Shown piece after piece: positions 40,293 through 51,513 of a DNA stretch of 64,000 bases. Both the position numbers and the translations under genes were made by a program. The stretch spans positions 3,840,001-3,904,000 of the forward strand of contig OY764159.1 in assembly GCA_963668175.1 (NCBI GenBank), in the 5' to 3' direction. This stretch comes from Syntrophales bacterium. GTDB lineage: Bacteria > Desulfobacterota > Syntrophia > Syntrophales > PHBD01. The notes below the pieces were generated by a model. It saw only the letters and a program-made list of their open reading frames with translations, was not told the DNA's origin and made no database searches. Numbering within the stretch: position 1 is the stretch's first letter; every line of letters begins with the position of its first letter.

Positions 40293-41009
40293 ATGTCCAT
40301 TCTCAGCTGGAAAAAAGAAGATTCCGTCGCCGTCGTCACCATGACCAATGGTGAAAACAGGAACAATCCCGTTTTTGTGGCGGAGGTATTGAACGCCCTC
40401 GATGAAATAGAAAAGGATGAATCGATTTCTTCAGTTATTTTAACATCTTCTGACGAAAAGAACTGGTCCCAGGGCATCGACATCCAATGGATCATGACGG
40501 CATACGGCAACAAGGATTTTCAGGCCATCAAGGACTTCATGTACGGTTTGAATAAAATTTATACAAGAATCCTCCTCTATCCGATGCCGGTGATCGCGGC
40601 ACTGAACGGACACGCGTTCGGCGCCGGCGCCATCCTCGCCTGCACCTGTGACTTCCGCTTCATGCGAAAGGACCGGGGCTTTTTCTGCTTCCCGGAAATC
40701 GACATCAATATTCCGTTCCTGCCGGGGATGCAGGCCATTATCAAGAAGGCTTTCCCTTACTACAAGCTCGAAGAAGCGGCCCTCACGGGGAAGCGTTACG
40801 GGGCGGCAGAACTGGAAGAGCATCACGTCATCACGAAAGCGAGCGACAATCTGGAGGCGCTGATAAACGACGCCCTGGCCTTTGCCAGGACATTCAACAA
40901 GAAGAGACCCATCTTCGGGGAGATGAAGCGGCGGTTCAACAAGGGGTCCATCGAAGCCATCGAAAAGGACGACCCCTACTATATAGACTCATTAAAGCTT
41001 TTCATGTAA
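40293..41009 (+). CDS. Enoyl-CoA hydratase/isomerase family protein (delta-isomerase-like)
   Basis: WSQGID, PVIAALNGHAFGAG, CDFR, FCFPEID. Confidence 0.9.
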   Translation: MSILSWKKEDSVAVVTMTNGENRNNPVFVAEVLNALDEIEKDESISSVILTSSDEKNWSQGIDIQWIMTAYGNKDFQAIKDFMYGLNKIYTRILLYPMPVIAALNGHAFGAGAILACTCDFRFMRKDRGFFCFPEIDINIPFLPGMQAIIKKAFPYYKLEEAALTGKRYGAAELEEHHVITKASDNLEALINDALAFARTFNKKRPIFGEMKRRFNKGSIEAIEKDDPYYIDSLKLFM

Positions 41010-41121
41010 TGTCCATGTAAGGCCTGTCGTACATGCGGCGAGCCGCCGGGGCGGTTTCGGATCGACTCCGTTTTGCCGCGACGCCGCTTTTTTAGCGTTT
41101 CCCGTCCGGACAACTTCCTTT

Positions 41122-42348
41122 ATGCTCAAGCGATTGACCATCAATAAGTATATACTGAAAGAAATCGCCATTCCCTGCATGATGATTCTCTTTGTGCTGA
41201 CGTTTGTTCTGCTCATGGGCAAGATCGTCCAGCTTATGGATCTGATGGTCAATAAGGGCGTCAGTTTCCTGGACATATCCAAACTCATCATCTTCCTGAT
41301 GCCGTCGTTTCTGATTTTCACGGTGCCCATCTCCTTGCTCATCTCCATCCTCATCGGACTGGGAAGGCTTTCCGGCGACAACGAAATCACGGTCCTCAAG
41401 GTTTCCGGCGTCAGCCTTTACCAGCTCGCACAGCCGATCGTTTTCGCGTCGTTTGTCGCCTTCCTGATCACGGCCGTCGTCAGTTTCTTTCTTGTTCCGC
41501 AAGGCAATTACGCCACCAAGCGTCTGCTCTTCGATATCGTGAGACAAAAGGCGACGGTGGGCATCAAGGAAAAGGTCTTCAACGACGACTTCAAAGGGAT
41601 TCTGATCTATGCGGACAGGATCCCCGTCAGCGCGGAATACATGGAAGGCATCATTATCAACGACAACCGGATGATCAAGGAGCCGAGCACGATCTTCGCG
41701 CAGAAGGCCTACCTCATCTCCGATCCCAAGACCATGACCATCACGTTAAGGCTGGAAAAGGGGAGTTCCCACGTCGTCGATACCAACATGAAGTATTACC
41801 GGAAAATGGATTTCGCCGTCTACGACGTCAATCTCGACCTGGAATCCTCCGTATCGGACGAAGCCAAGGCTAAATCGAAATCGAGCACGGAGATGACCGT
41901 TGCCGAGCTGGTCTCCCAGATACGGAAGAAGGGGCTGGCGGAGACCGACATCCGCGAACTGGCCATCGAACTCAACAAAAAGATGACGATCCCCTTTTCC
42001 TGCATATTCTTCGGCATTCTCAGCATCCCTTTAGGCATAACAGCCCAAAGATCCGTCAAATCAAGGGGGTTCACTATCGGTTTTGCCGTTGTCCTGGCCT
42101 ACTACCTCCTGCAGATCGGCGGTGAAGCCCTGGCGGAAATGGGCAGGATATCCCCCGCTGTCGGGGCATGGACGCCTAATGTGATTTTCGGGACTCTTGG
42201 CGCTTACCTATTCATCATGGCGGCCCGGGAAAGGCCTTTGCCCCTTCACGCTCTTTTTGACCGCTGGATGGGGAAGATCAGAGAGAAACGTGCGGCGGCA
42301 AAGCATGAAGAGGTTCGCCATCCGGGCCGGAACGGCGATCAGAAATGA
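41122..42348 (+). CDS. lptF: LPS export permease LptF
   Basis: RLTINKYILKE, GRLSGDNEI.VLK.SG, 3+3 TM layout with periplasmic domain, AWTPN. Confidence 0.88.
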   Translation: MLKRLTINKYILKEIAIPCMMILFVLTFVLLMGKIVQLMDLMVNKGVSFLDISKLIIFLMPSFLIFTVPISLLISILIGLGRLSGDNEITVLKVSGVSLYQLAQPIVFASFVAFLITAVVSFFLVPQGNYATKRLLFDIVRQKATVGIKEKVFNDDFKGILIYADRIPVSAEYMEGIIINDNRMIKEPSTIFAQKAYLISDPKTMTITLRLEKGSSHVVDTNMKYYRKMDFAVYDVNLDLESSVSDEAKAKSKSSTEMTVAELVSQIRKKGLAETDIRELAIELNKKMTIPFSCIFFGILSIPLGITAQRSVKSRGFTIGFAVVLAYYLLQIGGEALAEMGRISPAVGAWTPNVIFGTLGAYLFIMAARERPLPLHALFDRWMGKIREKRAAAKHEEVRHPGRNGDQK

Positions 42349-42353
42349 CGACA

Positions 42354-42397
42354 AAAAAACGGGATAGGCTTTTCTGTTTCCGCCTACCCCGTTTTTT
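42354..42397. terminator. Bidirectional rho-independent terminator (lptF/ahcY)
   Basis: AAAAAACGGGATAGGC...GCCTACCCCGTTTTTT between convergent genes. Confidence 0.85.
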
Positions 42398-42423
42398 ATT
42401 TCTTCTTTATTGGCCCGATCACG

Positions 42424-43848
42424 CTAGTAGCGGTAGTGGTCCGCCTTGAAGGGCCCTTCGACGGGCACCCCGAGATAATCCGCCTGCTTCTTGGTCAGCT
42501 TGGTCAGCTTCACACCCAAGCGGCCGAGATGGAGACGCGCCACTTCTTCATCGAGCTTTTTCGGCAGCGTGTAAACGCCGGGCTTGAATTTCTTCGCTGC
42601 CAGTTCTATCTGTGCCAGGCACTGGTTGGTGAAACTGTTGCTCATAACGAAGCTGGGATGCCCCGTAGCGCAACCCAGGTTGACCAGCCGGCCTTCGGCA
42701 AGGACGATAATGGAACGACCCGACTTCAAGGTCCATTTATCGACCTGGGGCTTGATATTCTCCTTCTTGCAGCCTTTCGTCGTCTCCAGGTAATGCATAT
42801 CGATTTCGCTGTCGAAGTGGCCGATATTGCAGACAATGGCTTCGTTCTTCATCTGTTCCATGTGCTTGCCGGTAATGACGTTGCAGCAGCCGGTCGCGGT
42901 AACGAAGATATCGCCTTCCGGAAGGGCGTCTTCCAGGGTCGTAACTTCATAACCTTCCATGGCGGCCTGAAGGGCGCAGATAGGATCGATCTCCGTGATC
43001 AGAACCCTGGCGCCGAACCCTCTCATGGATTGCGCCGATCCTTTGCCCACATCGCCGTAGCCGCAAACGACCACGACTTTGCCCGCCACCATGATGTCCG
43101 TGGCCCGCTTGATCCCGTCGGCAAGGGATTCCCGGCAACCGTACAGGTTGTCGAATTTCGATTTCGTGACCGAATCGTTGACGTTGATCGCGGGAAAGAG
43201 GAGCTCACCGGCTCCCGCCATCTGGTACAGGCGGTGCACACCCGTTGTCGTCTCTTCCGACACGCCGCGTATCTTGGCCGCCATCTTCTGCCAGCGGCCG
43301 GGGTTCACCTTCAAGCGATGTTTGAGCCGGTCGACGATAACCTGCATTTCCTTGTTGTCGGACGGCTTGTTCAGAACAGAGGGATTCTTTTCCGCCTTGA
43401 CCCCCTGATGGACAAGAAGAGTGGCGTCACCGCCGTCGTCGACGATCAGATCGGGACCGGCCCCGTCCGGCCAGGTCAACGCCTGCTCCGTGCACCACCA
43501 GTATTCCTCCAGGGTCTCTCCCTTCCAGGCAAAGACCGCGGCGATGCCAGACTTCGCAACGGCCGCAGCGGCATGATCCTGGGTCGAAAAGATATTGCAG
43601 GAAGCCCAGCGGATATCCGCTCCCAGGAGACGCAACGTCTCGATCAGCATGGCCGTCTGAATGGTCATGTGCAGACTGCCCATGATCCTGAGGCCGGCAA
43701 GGGGCTTCTTGGAACCGTATTTCTTACGGACAGCCATGAGACCCGGCATTTCGTTTTCGGAAAGCTTCATTTCCTTCCTCCCCCACTCGGCGAGGGAGAG
43801 GTCGGCCACCTTGTATTTCAATTTCGGATCAATTTCCAAGAAAGCCAT
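42424..43848 (-). CDS. ahcY: Adenosylhomocysteinase
   Basis: [53 protein letters not shown]. Confidence 0.98.
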   Translation of the reverse strand: MAFLEIDPKLKYKVADLSLAEWGRKEMKLSENEMPGLMAVRKKYGSKKPLAGLRIMGSLHMTIQTAMLIETLRLLGADIRWASCNIFSTQDHAAAAVAKSGIAAVFAWKGETLEEYWWCTEQALTWPDGAGPDLIVDDGGDATLLVHQGVKAEKNPSVLNKPSDNKEMQVIVDRLKHRLKVNPGRWQKMAAKIRGVSEETTTGVHRLYQMAGAGELLFPAINVNDSVTKSKFDNLYGCRESLADGIKRATDIMVAGKVVVVCGYGDVGKGSAQSMRGFGARVLITEIDPICALQAAMEGYEVTTLEDALPEGDIFVTATGCCNVITGKHMEQMKNEAIVCNIGHFDSEIDMHYLETTKGCKKENIKPQVDKWTLKSGRSIIVLAEGRLVNLGCATGHPSFVMSNSFTNQCLAQIELAAKKFKPGVYTLPKKLDEEVARLHLGRLGVKLTKLTKKQADYLGVPVEGPFKADHYRY

Positions 43849-43861
43849 AAATTCCCTTTCT

Positions 43862-45034
43862 CTAGGCAAGTGCTTTTTTCAATGCGTCTGCCTTGTCGGT
43901 CTTTTCCCAGGGATAATCGTCCAGGAAGAGTGTTCTGCAGATTTTCCTGTAGATATCTCCCCGCAACATGCCGAAACCTTCGATCATTCCCCGGGGGGTC
44001 AAATCGAAAATATCCCTGACGGCGTCGGCGATACGTTCATCGGAAACGGCGCCCGTGCCGAACGTATTCACATAAATAGAGATCGGCTTCGCCATGCCGA
44101 TGGCGTAGGCCAATTGTACGGAACATTTCTTGGCGAGACCCGCCGCAACGATGTTTTTCGCCACATACCGCACACCGAAGGCCGCCGTGCAATCGACCTT
44201 CTCGGGCGACTTGTTGACGACCGAACCGCCACCCAACTGGGCACCGGGATAACCGCCGTAAAGCTGGACCACCAACTTCCGTCCTGTAACACCGGAATCG
44301 GCCGCGCTGCAGGAGTTGACGGCCTGCCATTCCCCTGTCGGATTGAAGAGAAATTCCGTATTCTTGTCGATCCATCCGTTCAGGCAATCCAGGGCAATCT
44401 GCCGGGCCTGCTGTTCGACACTGTTTTTGAAGCTGTCCGGCACCTGGCGATAATCTATGGCATTGGACATCAGGACCGTGGAGACCCTTTTCGGAACACC
44501 GTCGACATATTCCACGGTCACCTGCCCTTTACCGTCCGGGGCAAACACCGGATTCCCGCAATGCTCAAAGGCCTTCATCATCCGGCTCACAAGGACATAG
44601 GGAAGCGGCAGCAGTTCCGGCGTTTCATCGCAGGCGAATCCATACATAATCCCCTGGTCGCCGGCCCCTATTTCTTTATATTTGCCGAGGTCGGCCCTTG
44701 TTCCAATATTGATGTCCGGAGATTGGGGGATGATGGCGTTCAAAACACCGATCGAATAACCGTTCAGACCCAAGGCCGTTTCTTTGTAACCCAATGAGAC
44801 AACGGTGTCCCGTACGCTCTTTTCGATATCGACATAAACCCTCGTGGAAACCTCTCCGCCGACTATACAGAGCCCTTTGCCGAGAAAAACCTCAAGCCCG
44901 CAATGAGGCATCGTATCGATGGTCATGCCTTTCTTCAGTTCGCGGTCGATGATCTCGGCAATAATGTTGGACGCTATGCAATCGGCTACGATATCCGGAT
45001 GGCCTACTTTGACACCTTCTGACGTAATGCGCAT
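43862..45034 (-). CDS. metK: S-adenosylmethionine synthetase (divergent)
   Basis: [40 protein letters not shown]; operonic with ahcY. Confidence 0.92.
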   Translation of the reverse strand: MRITSEGVKVGHPDIVADCIASNIIAEIIDRELKKGMTIDTMPHCGLEVFLGKGLCIVGGEVSTRVYVDIEKSVRDTVVSLGYKETALGLNGYSIGVLNAIIPQSPDINIGTRADLGKYKEIGAGDQGIMYGFACDETPELLPLPYVLVSRMMKAFEHCGNPVFAPDGKGQVTVEYVDGVPKRVSTVLMSNAIDYRQVPDSFKNSVEQQARQIALDCLNGWIDKNTEFLFNPTGEWQAVNSCSAADSGVTGRKLVVQLYGGYPGAQLGGGSVVNKSPEKVDCTAAFGVRYVAKNIVAAGLAKKCSVQLAYAIGMAKPISIYVNTFGTGAVSDERIADAVRDIFDLTPRGMIEGFGMLRGDIYRKICRTLFLDDYPWEKTDKADALKKALA

Positions 45035-45106
45035 ATGTTATCTCCTTTTTTTATTCATTCTCTTTATCATATTTAACCACGATGGGAATTTCCTGCAAAT
45101 CTATCA

Positions 45107-45727
45107 TTAATCCGCTCCACCAGGACTCAAAGCGGGAAGTACGATGCCGCAGGACATAACAAGCGTAAAGGCTTCCTCCACGGACATTTCCGAAGGAATC
45201 ACGTCACTTTCGGGAACGATCAAGAAATACCCGTTGGTGGGCATGGGTGTCGTCGGTACAAAAACGCATAGATTCCCGCTTCCCGAAGATTTCTGTAACG
45301 CCCCCTCGACGTGGCCTGTAACAAAGCCGACTGTATACATCCCTTTTCTTGGAAACTCAAGAAGTACGACTTTCTTAAAGCTACGTCCCCTGTCGGCAAA
45401 CATACCGTCCACGACTTGTTTTGTCGCTCTGTAAATACTGCCTACTACAGGTATTCTGTTCACAAGGTTTTCGCCGGTTGTAACGGCCCTCTTGCCTATA
45501 TAACTCTTGGTAATGAGACCGCATATCAGGATCAGAATGACCATGACTATCACCCCCAGCCCCGGTATGTGAAACCCTAGGAAATTATCAGGATGATAAG
45601 CTTTCGGAATTAAAAGAAATAAACCGTCCATCAGGGTAATCAAAAAGAACAGGATATAGATCGTCACCCCTACGGGAATGGTTACGACCAACCCTGTCAA
45701 AAATATCTGTTTGATTTTTTTCTTCAA
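45107..45727 (-). CDS. DUF502 family membrane protein
   Basis: FLTGL..IP..T, RIPVV.SIY, EFPRKG, VFVPTTP.PT.G, MSVEEA..MS.G. TTG start inferred. Confidence 0.88.
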   Translation of the reverse strand: MKKKIKQIFLTGLVVTIPVGVTIYILFFLITLMDGLFLLIPKAYHPDNFLGFHIPGLGVIVMVILILICGLITKSYIGKRAVTTGENLVNRIPVVGSIYRATKQVVDGMFADRGRSFKKVVLLEFPRKGMYTVGFVTGHVEGALQKSSGSGNLCVFVPTTPMPTNGYFLIVPESDVIPSEMSVEEAFTLVMSCGIVLPALSPGGAD

Positions 45728-45832
45728 TTCCCAAAAACCCGATTCTCGGGGAGTCGAGGATTTACTAGCAAAAAGAATTCCAATTATCAACCATAATTAT
45801 AAATAATTCCGTCCTCTACCCGTCAAGCCTTC

Positions 45833-46663
45833 CTAAAGCACGCGCCGCTTCAGTTTGTTCTCATGGATGATGGTTGCGGCGATCTCCTCGACGGACATGG
45901 TCGTAATATTGATATAAGGTATATCTTCCGAGATAAACAGCGATTCCGCCATGGCAATCTCCCGCTGGCATTGAAACAGGGATGCGTAACGCGAGTCCGG
46001 GCGCCTCTCCGACCGTATCTTCTGCAGGCGGTCCGGATTGATGGTCAATCCGAACAGTTTGTTTCTGAAAGGCGCCAGGATTGAGCGAATTTTCTTATCC
46101 GTGCTGAAGAAATCCTCTTCGGTCAGGGGGTAGTTGGCGGCATAGATGCCGAATTGCAGCCCGAGATAGATGCAGGTCGGCGTTTTTCCCGCCCGGGAGA
46201 CGCCGATCAGGATAACATCGGCATGGTCATAGTTTTTTATCATGATCCCGTCGTCATGTCCCAGGGCATAATTGACGGCATCGATACGGACATTATAGGT
46301 GCTGTCGTTCACCATCCCGTGGAAACGGCCGACGGTATGGGACGACTGCATGCTGAGAACATTTTCCAGACGGGTGATAAAGGTATCGATAAAGTCGAAC
46401 ACGACCCCAGAGCTGTTCATGATTTTCTGGCGTATCTCCGGTTCCACGAGCGTGCTGAAGACGATGGGACTGATCCCGGATTCCACGGCGCTGTTGTTGA
46501 TCCTGTGAACGGCATTATCAGCCTTGGCTACACTGTCGATGAAGGGAAGGATCACTTGATCGAACTGAATATGGTCGAACTGCGTCAGCAGGCTTTGGCC
46601 CAAGGTTTGAACTGTAATGGCCGTGCTGTCCGAGATGAAAAATATTGTTCGCTTAGGATTCAT
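45833..46663 (-). CDS. ppsR: PEP synthase/PPDK regulatory kinase-pyrophosphorylase (DUF299)
   Basis: ISDSTAIT, HDDG, GVSRAGKTPTCIYL, ANYPL, SVEEIA. Confidence 0.93.
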   Translation of the reverse strand: MNPKRTIFFISDSTAITVQTLGQSLLTQFDHIQFDQVILPFIDSVAKADNAVHRINNSAVESGISPIVFSTLVEPEIRQKIMNSSGVVFDFIDTFITRLENVLSMQSSHTVGRFHGMVNDSTYNVRIDAVNYALGHDDGIMIKNYDHADVILIGVSRAGKTPTCIYLGLQFGIYAANYPLTEEDFFSTDKKIRSILAPFRNKLFGLTINPDRLQKIRSERRPDSRYASLFQCQREIAMAESLFISEDIPYINITTMSVEEIAATIIHENKLKRRVL

Positions 46664-46898
46664 GAATAATATACCTCTCGTATGGATTTACTATAATCAA
46701 ATTTAGGAAGCAATTTCTTTTGAGCTTGTCCGCCGAGAAAAAGCCTTTCCGATCGATGCGGTCCGCCGTGCCATCGCTTATGTCTTTGGCAAATTTGTGA
46801 CGTCAGGGTGGCACCATTGCTTCCCGCCTTCCATCTCTGCAGTTCATGTTGAATAGAGATTGGGTATATGCTAGACAATTGGGTTTTAAGGAATACGC

Positions 46899-49800
46899 AT
46901 GCGAAAAATCATCACCAGACAACAGACGGATTTTGACCGGGCCTTCAGCGAACTTGTCGGCGCCATCGATGCCGGCGAAACAGGTATCAGGATCGCCGGA
47001 TTGCAGGGGGCGGCATGGACCTTTCTTATCGCCGTCCTTTTTACACGCATACAGAAGACACTGGTCCTGGTCACGGCGAACGAACAGGAAGCCGTCCGTT
47101 TCCATAATGACCTGACATTCTTCCTGGACGAACGGGACGTCCTGCTCTATCCCCCCTGGGATATCCTGTCGGTCGATCTCTTCTCCGTCCGCAGGGAAGT
47201 GGAGATTCCCCGCATCGAAGTCCTCTGCCGGATGTTGTCCGGGCACCCTTCGATCATTGTCGTTCCTTATCTCGCGATGCTGCAAAAAACCATGCCCAGG
47301 ACCGTTCTGGAGGAATACCGGCAGAACATTTCCATCGGCGACAATCTTGACAGAGAGTTGTTGGCCGCAAAAATGATCGCGGGCGGGTATCACCGGACAA
47401 CCCTTGTGGAAGAGCCGGGAGCATTCAGTATCCGTGGCCACATGGTGGACGTTTTTCCTCCCACGGAGGCAGAGCCGCTGCGTATCGAGATGTTCGGAGA
47501 CGAGATAGAATCCATTCGCTATTTCGACCCGGTGTCGCAAAGATCGATCAGGGAAATTACGGATTTCTTTCTCACGCCCGCCCGAGAGGAGATTATCACA
47601 GACGATGACCGGCCCCTCGTAATCGCCAACGTCAAGAAGCGGATCCAGGAGCTTGACCTTTCCAAAAGCGTCAGGAACAGACTCATCGAGACCATCGACG
47701 GCCAATGGACGTCTTCCTTCAACCCCCTTTTCCTTCCCCTGTTCTACGACTATGACAACGCGGGCGCTGACGACCGCGAAAGTTCTCATGGGAACCCTGT
47801 CGCCCGGACATCCGGCGTATTCCTGGACTTTGTCCCGGAGGACGGCATTGTCGTCTTTGACGACTTAAGGGAGCTGGAAAGGGGCGGCGACAGGGTCGCA
47901 ACGGATATCGACCGGTTGCTTGCCAAAGCGGCCTCTGAGGAAAAATTCTATCTTCCCAGGGAAAGATCTTTTGCCGACGCGGAGGACGTCTTCGAGGATG
48001 CCGGAAAATTCCAGCGGATCGACAGAGGGGGACTCCTTGCCGAAATCGAAGAGACCGATTTCGCCCATACCATCAGGATCTCTTCGGAACAAGTGGAGGG
48101 AATCAAGGGCGTCGCCAGGGAACCGGGAGGTGACGGCGGTCTTTTAGACCCCTTGATCGATCACATACGAACCTGGGCGTCCAGAGGTTTCCTCATGGCC
48201 ATCGTCTGTACCGGTCAGGAGGACCTGCAGAGAATGGCCCACCTGCTGGATCAATACGACCTCATACCCGCGCGGATGGACCCCCGGCAGTTGACCGATA
48301 TCGATCATTACGACGTCCGCAGCAGCCTTGTCCTCTCGGAAGGCAGGATTTCCAACAGTTTCAGCATTCCAGGACTGAAACTTGCCATCATCAACGCCAA
48401 CGACATCTTCGGCAGGAAAGCAGCCAGACGGCGCCAGCGTTCCGCCAGGGAGGGATTCTTCCTCAAATCCTTCAGCGAGCTTTCGGAAGGAGACTTTGTC
48501 GTCCACACCGAACACGGCATCGGCATCTACAGGGGACTGCAGAAGCTTACCGTGGGGAACATCGGCAACGATTTTCTCGTCGTGGAATATCTTGACAATG
48601 ACAAGCTCTACCTGCCCGTGGACCGCCTGGAGCATATCCAGCGATATCTGGGCCCGGAGGAGCATATACCTAAAATGGACAAGCTGGGAGGCACATCCTG
48701 GGAGGCTGTCAAGGAACGGGTCAAAAAGTCCGTCCGCGAAGTGGCCGAAGAGCTTGTCTCCATTTACGCCGCCCGGGAAATCATGGAACGGGATGCCTTT
48801 ACGCCGCCCGACAGGCTCTATCAGGAATTTGCCTCCTGCTTCCCCTTCGAGGAAACTCCCGACCAGATCAGGGCGATCGACGATATTCACCAGGATCTGA
48901 GCGATTCGAAACCGATGGACCGGCTGATATGCGGCGATGCGGGATTCGGAAAAACGGAAGTCGCCATCAGGGCGTCGTTTCGGGCCGTCATGGACGGCAA
49001 GCAGGTTGCTGTCCTCGTTCCCACGACCATCCTGGCCGAGCAGCATTATCATACGTTCTGCGACCGTCTGAAGGAGTATCCGATTCAGGTCGCCGTGATG
49101 AACCGCCTGAAGACCAAAGTTCAGCAGCAGGAAATATTAAAAGGCATCCAGGATGGAAGCGTCGATATCCTCGTGGGCACGCATCGCATCCTGCAGAAAG
49201 ACGTCCAATTCAAGAACCTGGGTCTCGTCATCGTCGACGAGGAACAGCGCTTCGGGGTCGCACACAAGGAAAAACTGAAGAAAATGAGGACCCTTGTCGA
49301 CGTCCTGACGCTGTCGGCAACCCCGATTCCCAGGACGCTCCACCTCTCGCTTGTCGGCATCCGCGATCTTTCCATCATCAACACGCCGCCCGAGGATCGC
49401 ATGCCCATAAAAACATATGTTCTCGAATTTAATGAAGATGTTATAAAAGAGGCCGTCGAGAAAGAACTGGCGCGGAAGGGACAGGTCTTTTTCGTTCACG
49501 ATCGAATCCAATCGATCTATGCCATGGCGAGACTGGTATCGAAGCTGGTTCCCGAAGCCAAAATCGGTATCGTCCACGGCCGCATGAAAAGCAAAGACAT
49601 CGAAGATACGATGGTAAAATTCGTGAAAAAAGACTATGATGTTTTGGTTTGCACGACCATTGTCGCCTCAGGCGTCGACATCCCTGCGGCCAATACCATC
49701 GTCATCAACCGGGCCGACCGGTTCGGACTTTCACAGTTGTACCAGATAAGAGGCAGAGTGGGCCGCTCCAGGGAAGAGGCGTATGCATATCTGCTGGTTC

Positions 49801-50486
49801 CAAAAGGGGCCATGCTTTCGAGAGACGCCCAAAAACGTCTTCAGGTCATCATGGATTTATCCGAACCCGGCTCCGGTTTCCGTATCGCCTCCAACGACCT
49901 GGAGATTCGGGGAGCGGGAAATCTCCTCGGGATATCCCAATCGGGGCATGTTTCCGCCGTGGGATACGAGCTGTACACGGAGTTGATGGAGAAGACCATC
50001 AGGGAACTGAAAGGGGAGGCCATACCGGAAGAGGAGACGAAACCCGAGATCCAACTGGGAATCCCGGCCTTCATCCCCGAAGATTACATGACCGACAAAC
50101 ATACGAGACTGCTAACCTATAAGAAATTGTCCATCGCGGCGGCGGACGAAGAATTGGATGAAATCAGGGAAGGACTGGTCGACAATTACGGCTATATCCC
50201 CGATGAACTCACCAATCTTTTCCAGGTGATCCGGATCAAAAACTGCTTGAAGAAGATCAAAGGAAAGCGCATGCTTTACGATGGAAGTGTTCTTTCGATC
50301 ATGTTCGACCGGAACAGCCCGCTGGACCCGTTGCGGCTCGTAAAACTATCCAAGCGGGAGTTGAAGGGTATGCGGTTTACCCCCGATTTCAAATTGAGCA
50401 TACCTCTCACAAGCCCTTCCGCGCAAGACCTCGCCGGAAAGATTATGTACATTCTTCATGACCTGAAGGAAGACCGCCATGCGTAA
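46899..50486 (+). CDS. mfd: Transcription-repair coupling factor
   Basis: UvrB-like N-terminus, VVH.EHGIG RID, GDAGFGKT, DEEQRFG, SATPIPRT, QIRGRVGR, DLEIRGAG. Confidence 0.98.
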   Translation: MRKIITRQQTDFDRAFSELVGAIDAGETGIRIAGLQGAAWTFLIAVLFTRIQKTLVLVTANEQEAVRFHNDLTFFLDERDVLLYPPWDILSVDLFSVRREVEIPRIEVLCRMLSGHPSIIVVPYLAMLQKTMPRTVLEEYRQNISIGDNLDRELLAAKMIAGGYHRTTLVEEPGAFSIRGHMVDVFPPTEAEPLRIEMFGDEIESIRYFDPVSQRSIREITDFFLTPAREEIITDDDRPLVIANVKKRIQELDLSKSVRNRLIETIDGQWTSSFNPLFLPLFYDYDNAGADDRESSHGNPVARTSGVFLDFVPEDGIVVFDDLRELERGGDRVATDIDRLLAKAASEEKFYLPRERSFADAEDVFEDAGKFQRIDRGGLLAEIEETDFAHTIRISSEQVEGIKGVAREPGGDGGLLDPLIDHIRTWASRGFLMAIVCTGQEDLQRMAHLLDQYDLIPARMDPRQLTDIDHYDVRSSLVLSEGRISNSFSIPGLKLAIINANDIFGRKAARRRQRSAREGFFLKSFSELSEGDFVVHTEHGIGIYRGLQKLTVGNIGNDFLVVEYLDNDKLYLPVDRLEHIQRYLGPEEHIPKMDKLGGTSWEAVKERVKKSVREVAEELVSIYAAREIMERDAFTPPDRLYQEFASCFPFEETPDQIRAIDDIHQDLSDSKPMDRLICGDAGFGKTEVAIRASFRAVMDGKQVAVLVPTTILAEQHYHTFCDRLKEYPIQVAVMNRLKTKVQQQEILKGIQDGSVDILVGTHRILQKDVQFKNLGLVIVDEEQRFGVAHKEKLKKMRTLVDVLTLSATPIPRTLHLSLVGIRDLSIINTPPEDRMPIKTYVLEFNEDVIKEAVEKELARKGQVFFVHDRIQSIYAMARLVSKLVPEAKIGIVHGRMKSKDIEDTMVKFVKKDYDVLVCTTIVASGVDIPAANTIVINRADRFGLSQLYQIRGRVGRSREEAYAYLLVPKGAMLSRDAQKRLQVIMDLSEPGSGFRIASNDLEIRGAGNLLGISQSGHVSAVGYELYTELMEKTIRELKGEAIPEEETKPEIQLGIPAFIPEDYMTDKHTRLLTYKKLSIAAADEELDEIREGLVDNYGYIPDELTNLFQVIRIKNCLKKIKGKRMLYDGSVLSIMFDRNSPLDPLRLVKLSKRELKGMRFTPDFKLSIPLTSPSAQDLAGKIMYILHDLKEDRHA

Positions 50487-51444
50487 CGGGCTGATATGGA
50501 TAACATGTGCGCTGATCGCCCTCGTTATCGTATCGGGCTGCCAGAAACAGGATGCTGTTTATGTGGCCTCGATCAACGCCGATAAAATCACCCTTACTGA
50601 ATATCGGGACCGGATTTTCAAACAATTGAATCCCTCCGGCCCAAAGGCTCCCGTCACGGTTCCCGATGAGGAGAAGCTCAAGGACGAAGTCCTGAACATC
50701 ATGATTATGGAAAGGCTGATGCTGCAAAGGGCGCGTGAGCTTTCCCTGAGCGTGAGCGATGCCGAGTTGGAAAAGGTTGTCCAGGAGATCAAGAAAGATT
50801 ATAGTGAAGAGCGTTTTCAACAGAACTTTTCGCAGGACAAGGCAAGCTTCGATCTCTGGAAAGGGGAACTCAGAAACCGCATCCTGATGGAAAAACTGGT
50901 CCAGGTCGAGGTCAACTCGAAAATTACGGTCGCAGACACTGAAGCAGCGGCCTTTTACAAGACCCACATGGGTAATTTCAAATCGGCTCCAAGGGTTCAT
51001 GTCGCCCAAATCGTCGTGAGGGATCAGGCCAAAGCAGAGGCGATTTTGCAGAAATTGAATTCGGGGGCTTCTTTCGAAACGATTGCGAAAGAAGAATCGA
51101 TTGCCCCGGAAGCAGAGAGGGGCGGCGACCTCGGTTTTTTTTCCCGCGGAATCCTGCCGGAGGAAATCGATTCCGTCGTCTTTGTCCTGCCCGTGGGAAA
51201 GATAAGCCGGATTGTCAAGAGCGTTTATGGATATCATATTTTTAAAGTAATCAAAAAGGAACAGGGCGGCCAGAAGTCTTTCGCTGATGTCAAAGAGCAG
51301 ATCCTGGCCGACCTAAAAAAACAGAAGGAAGAACAGGCTTATGTCCAATGGCTTCAGGCCCTGCGTTCCAAGGCCACGATCCGAATCCATGCGGACGTCG
51401 TGAAAAAGCTGGATATCAAATCCAAATCGGACCGGCAGAAATAG
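50479..51444 (+). CDS. Parvulin-type peptidyl-prolyl isomerase lipoprotein (PrsA/SurA-like)
   Basis: Lipobox VSGC; SurA-N-like region; GGDLG, GYHI. Confidence 0.9.
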   Translation: MRNGLIWITCALIALVIVSGCQKQDAVYVASINADKITLTEYRDRIFKQLNPSGPKAPVTVPDEEKLKDEVLNIMIMERLMLQRARELSLSVSDAELEKVVQEIKKDYSEERFQQNFSQDKASFDLWKGELRNRILMEKLVQVEVNSKITVADTEAAAFYKTHMGNFKSAPRVHVAQIVVRDQAKAEAILQKLNSGASFETIAKEESIAPEAERGGDLGFFSRGILPEEIDSVVFVLPVGKISRIVKSVYGYHIFKVIKKEQGGQKSFADVKEQILADLKKQKEEQAYVQWLQALRSKATIRIHADVVKKLDIKSKSDRQK

Positions 51445-51513
51445 CGGCCCCCTCGGATGATAGGCCGCGATAAGCCGGGGAAATTGGTTCATCAAGCACA
51501 CGGGGAGGTTCAA

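Noticed and set aside
45035..45106. SAM or SAH riboswitch upstream of metK-ahcY
   Set aside because: Only 72 nt, AT-rich, occupied by a promoter-like sequence and RBS; no aptamer motifs seen.
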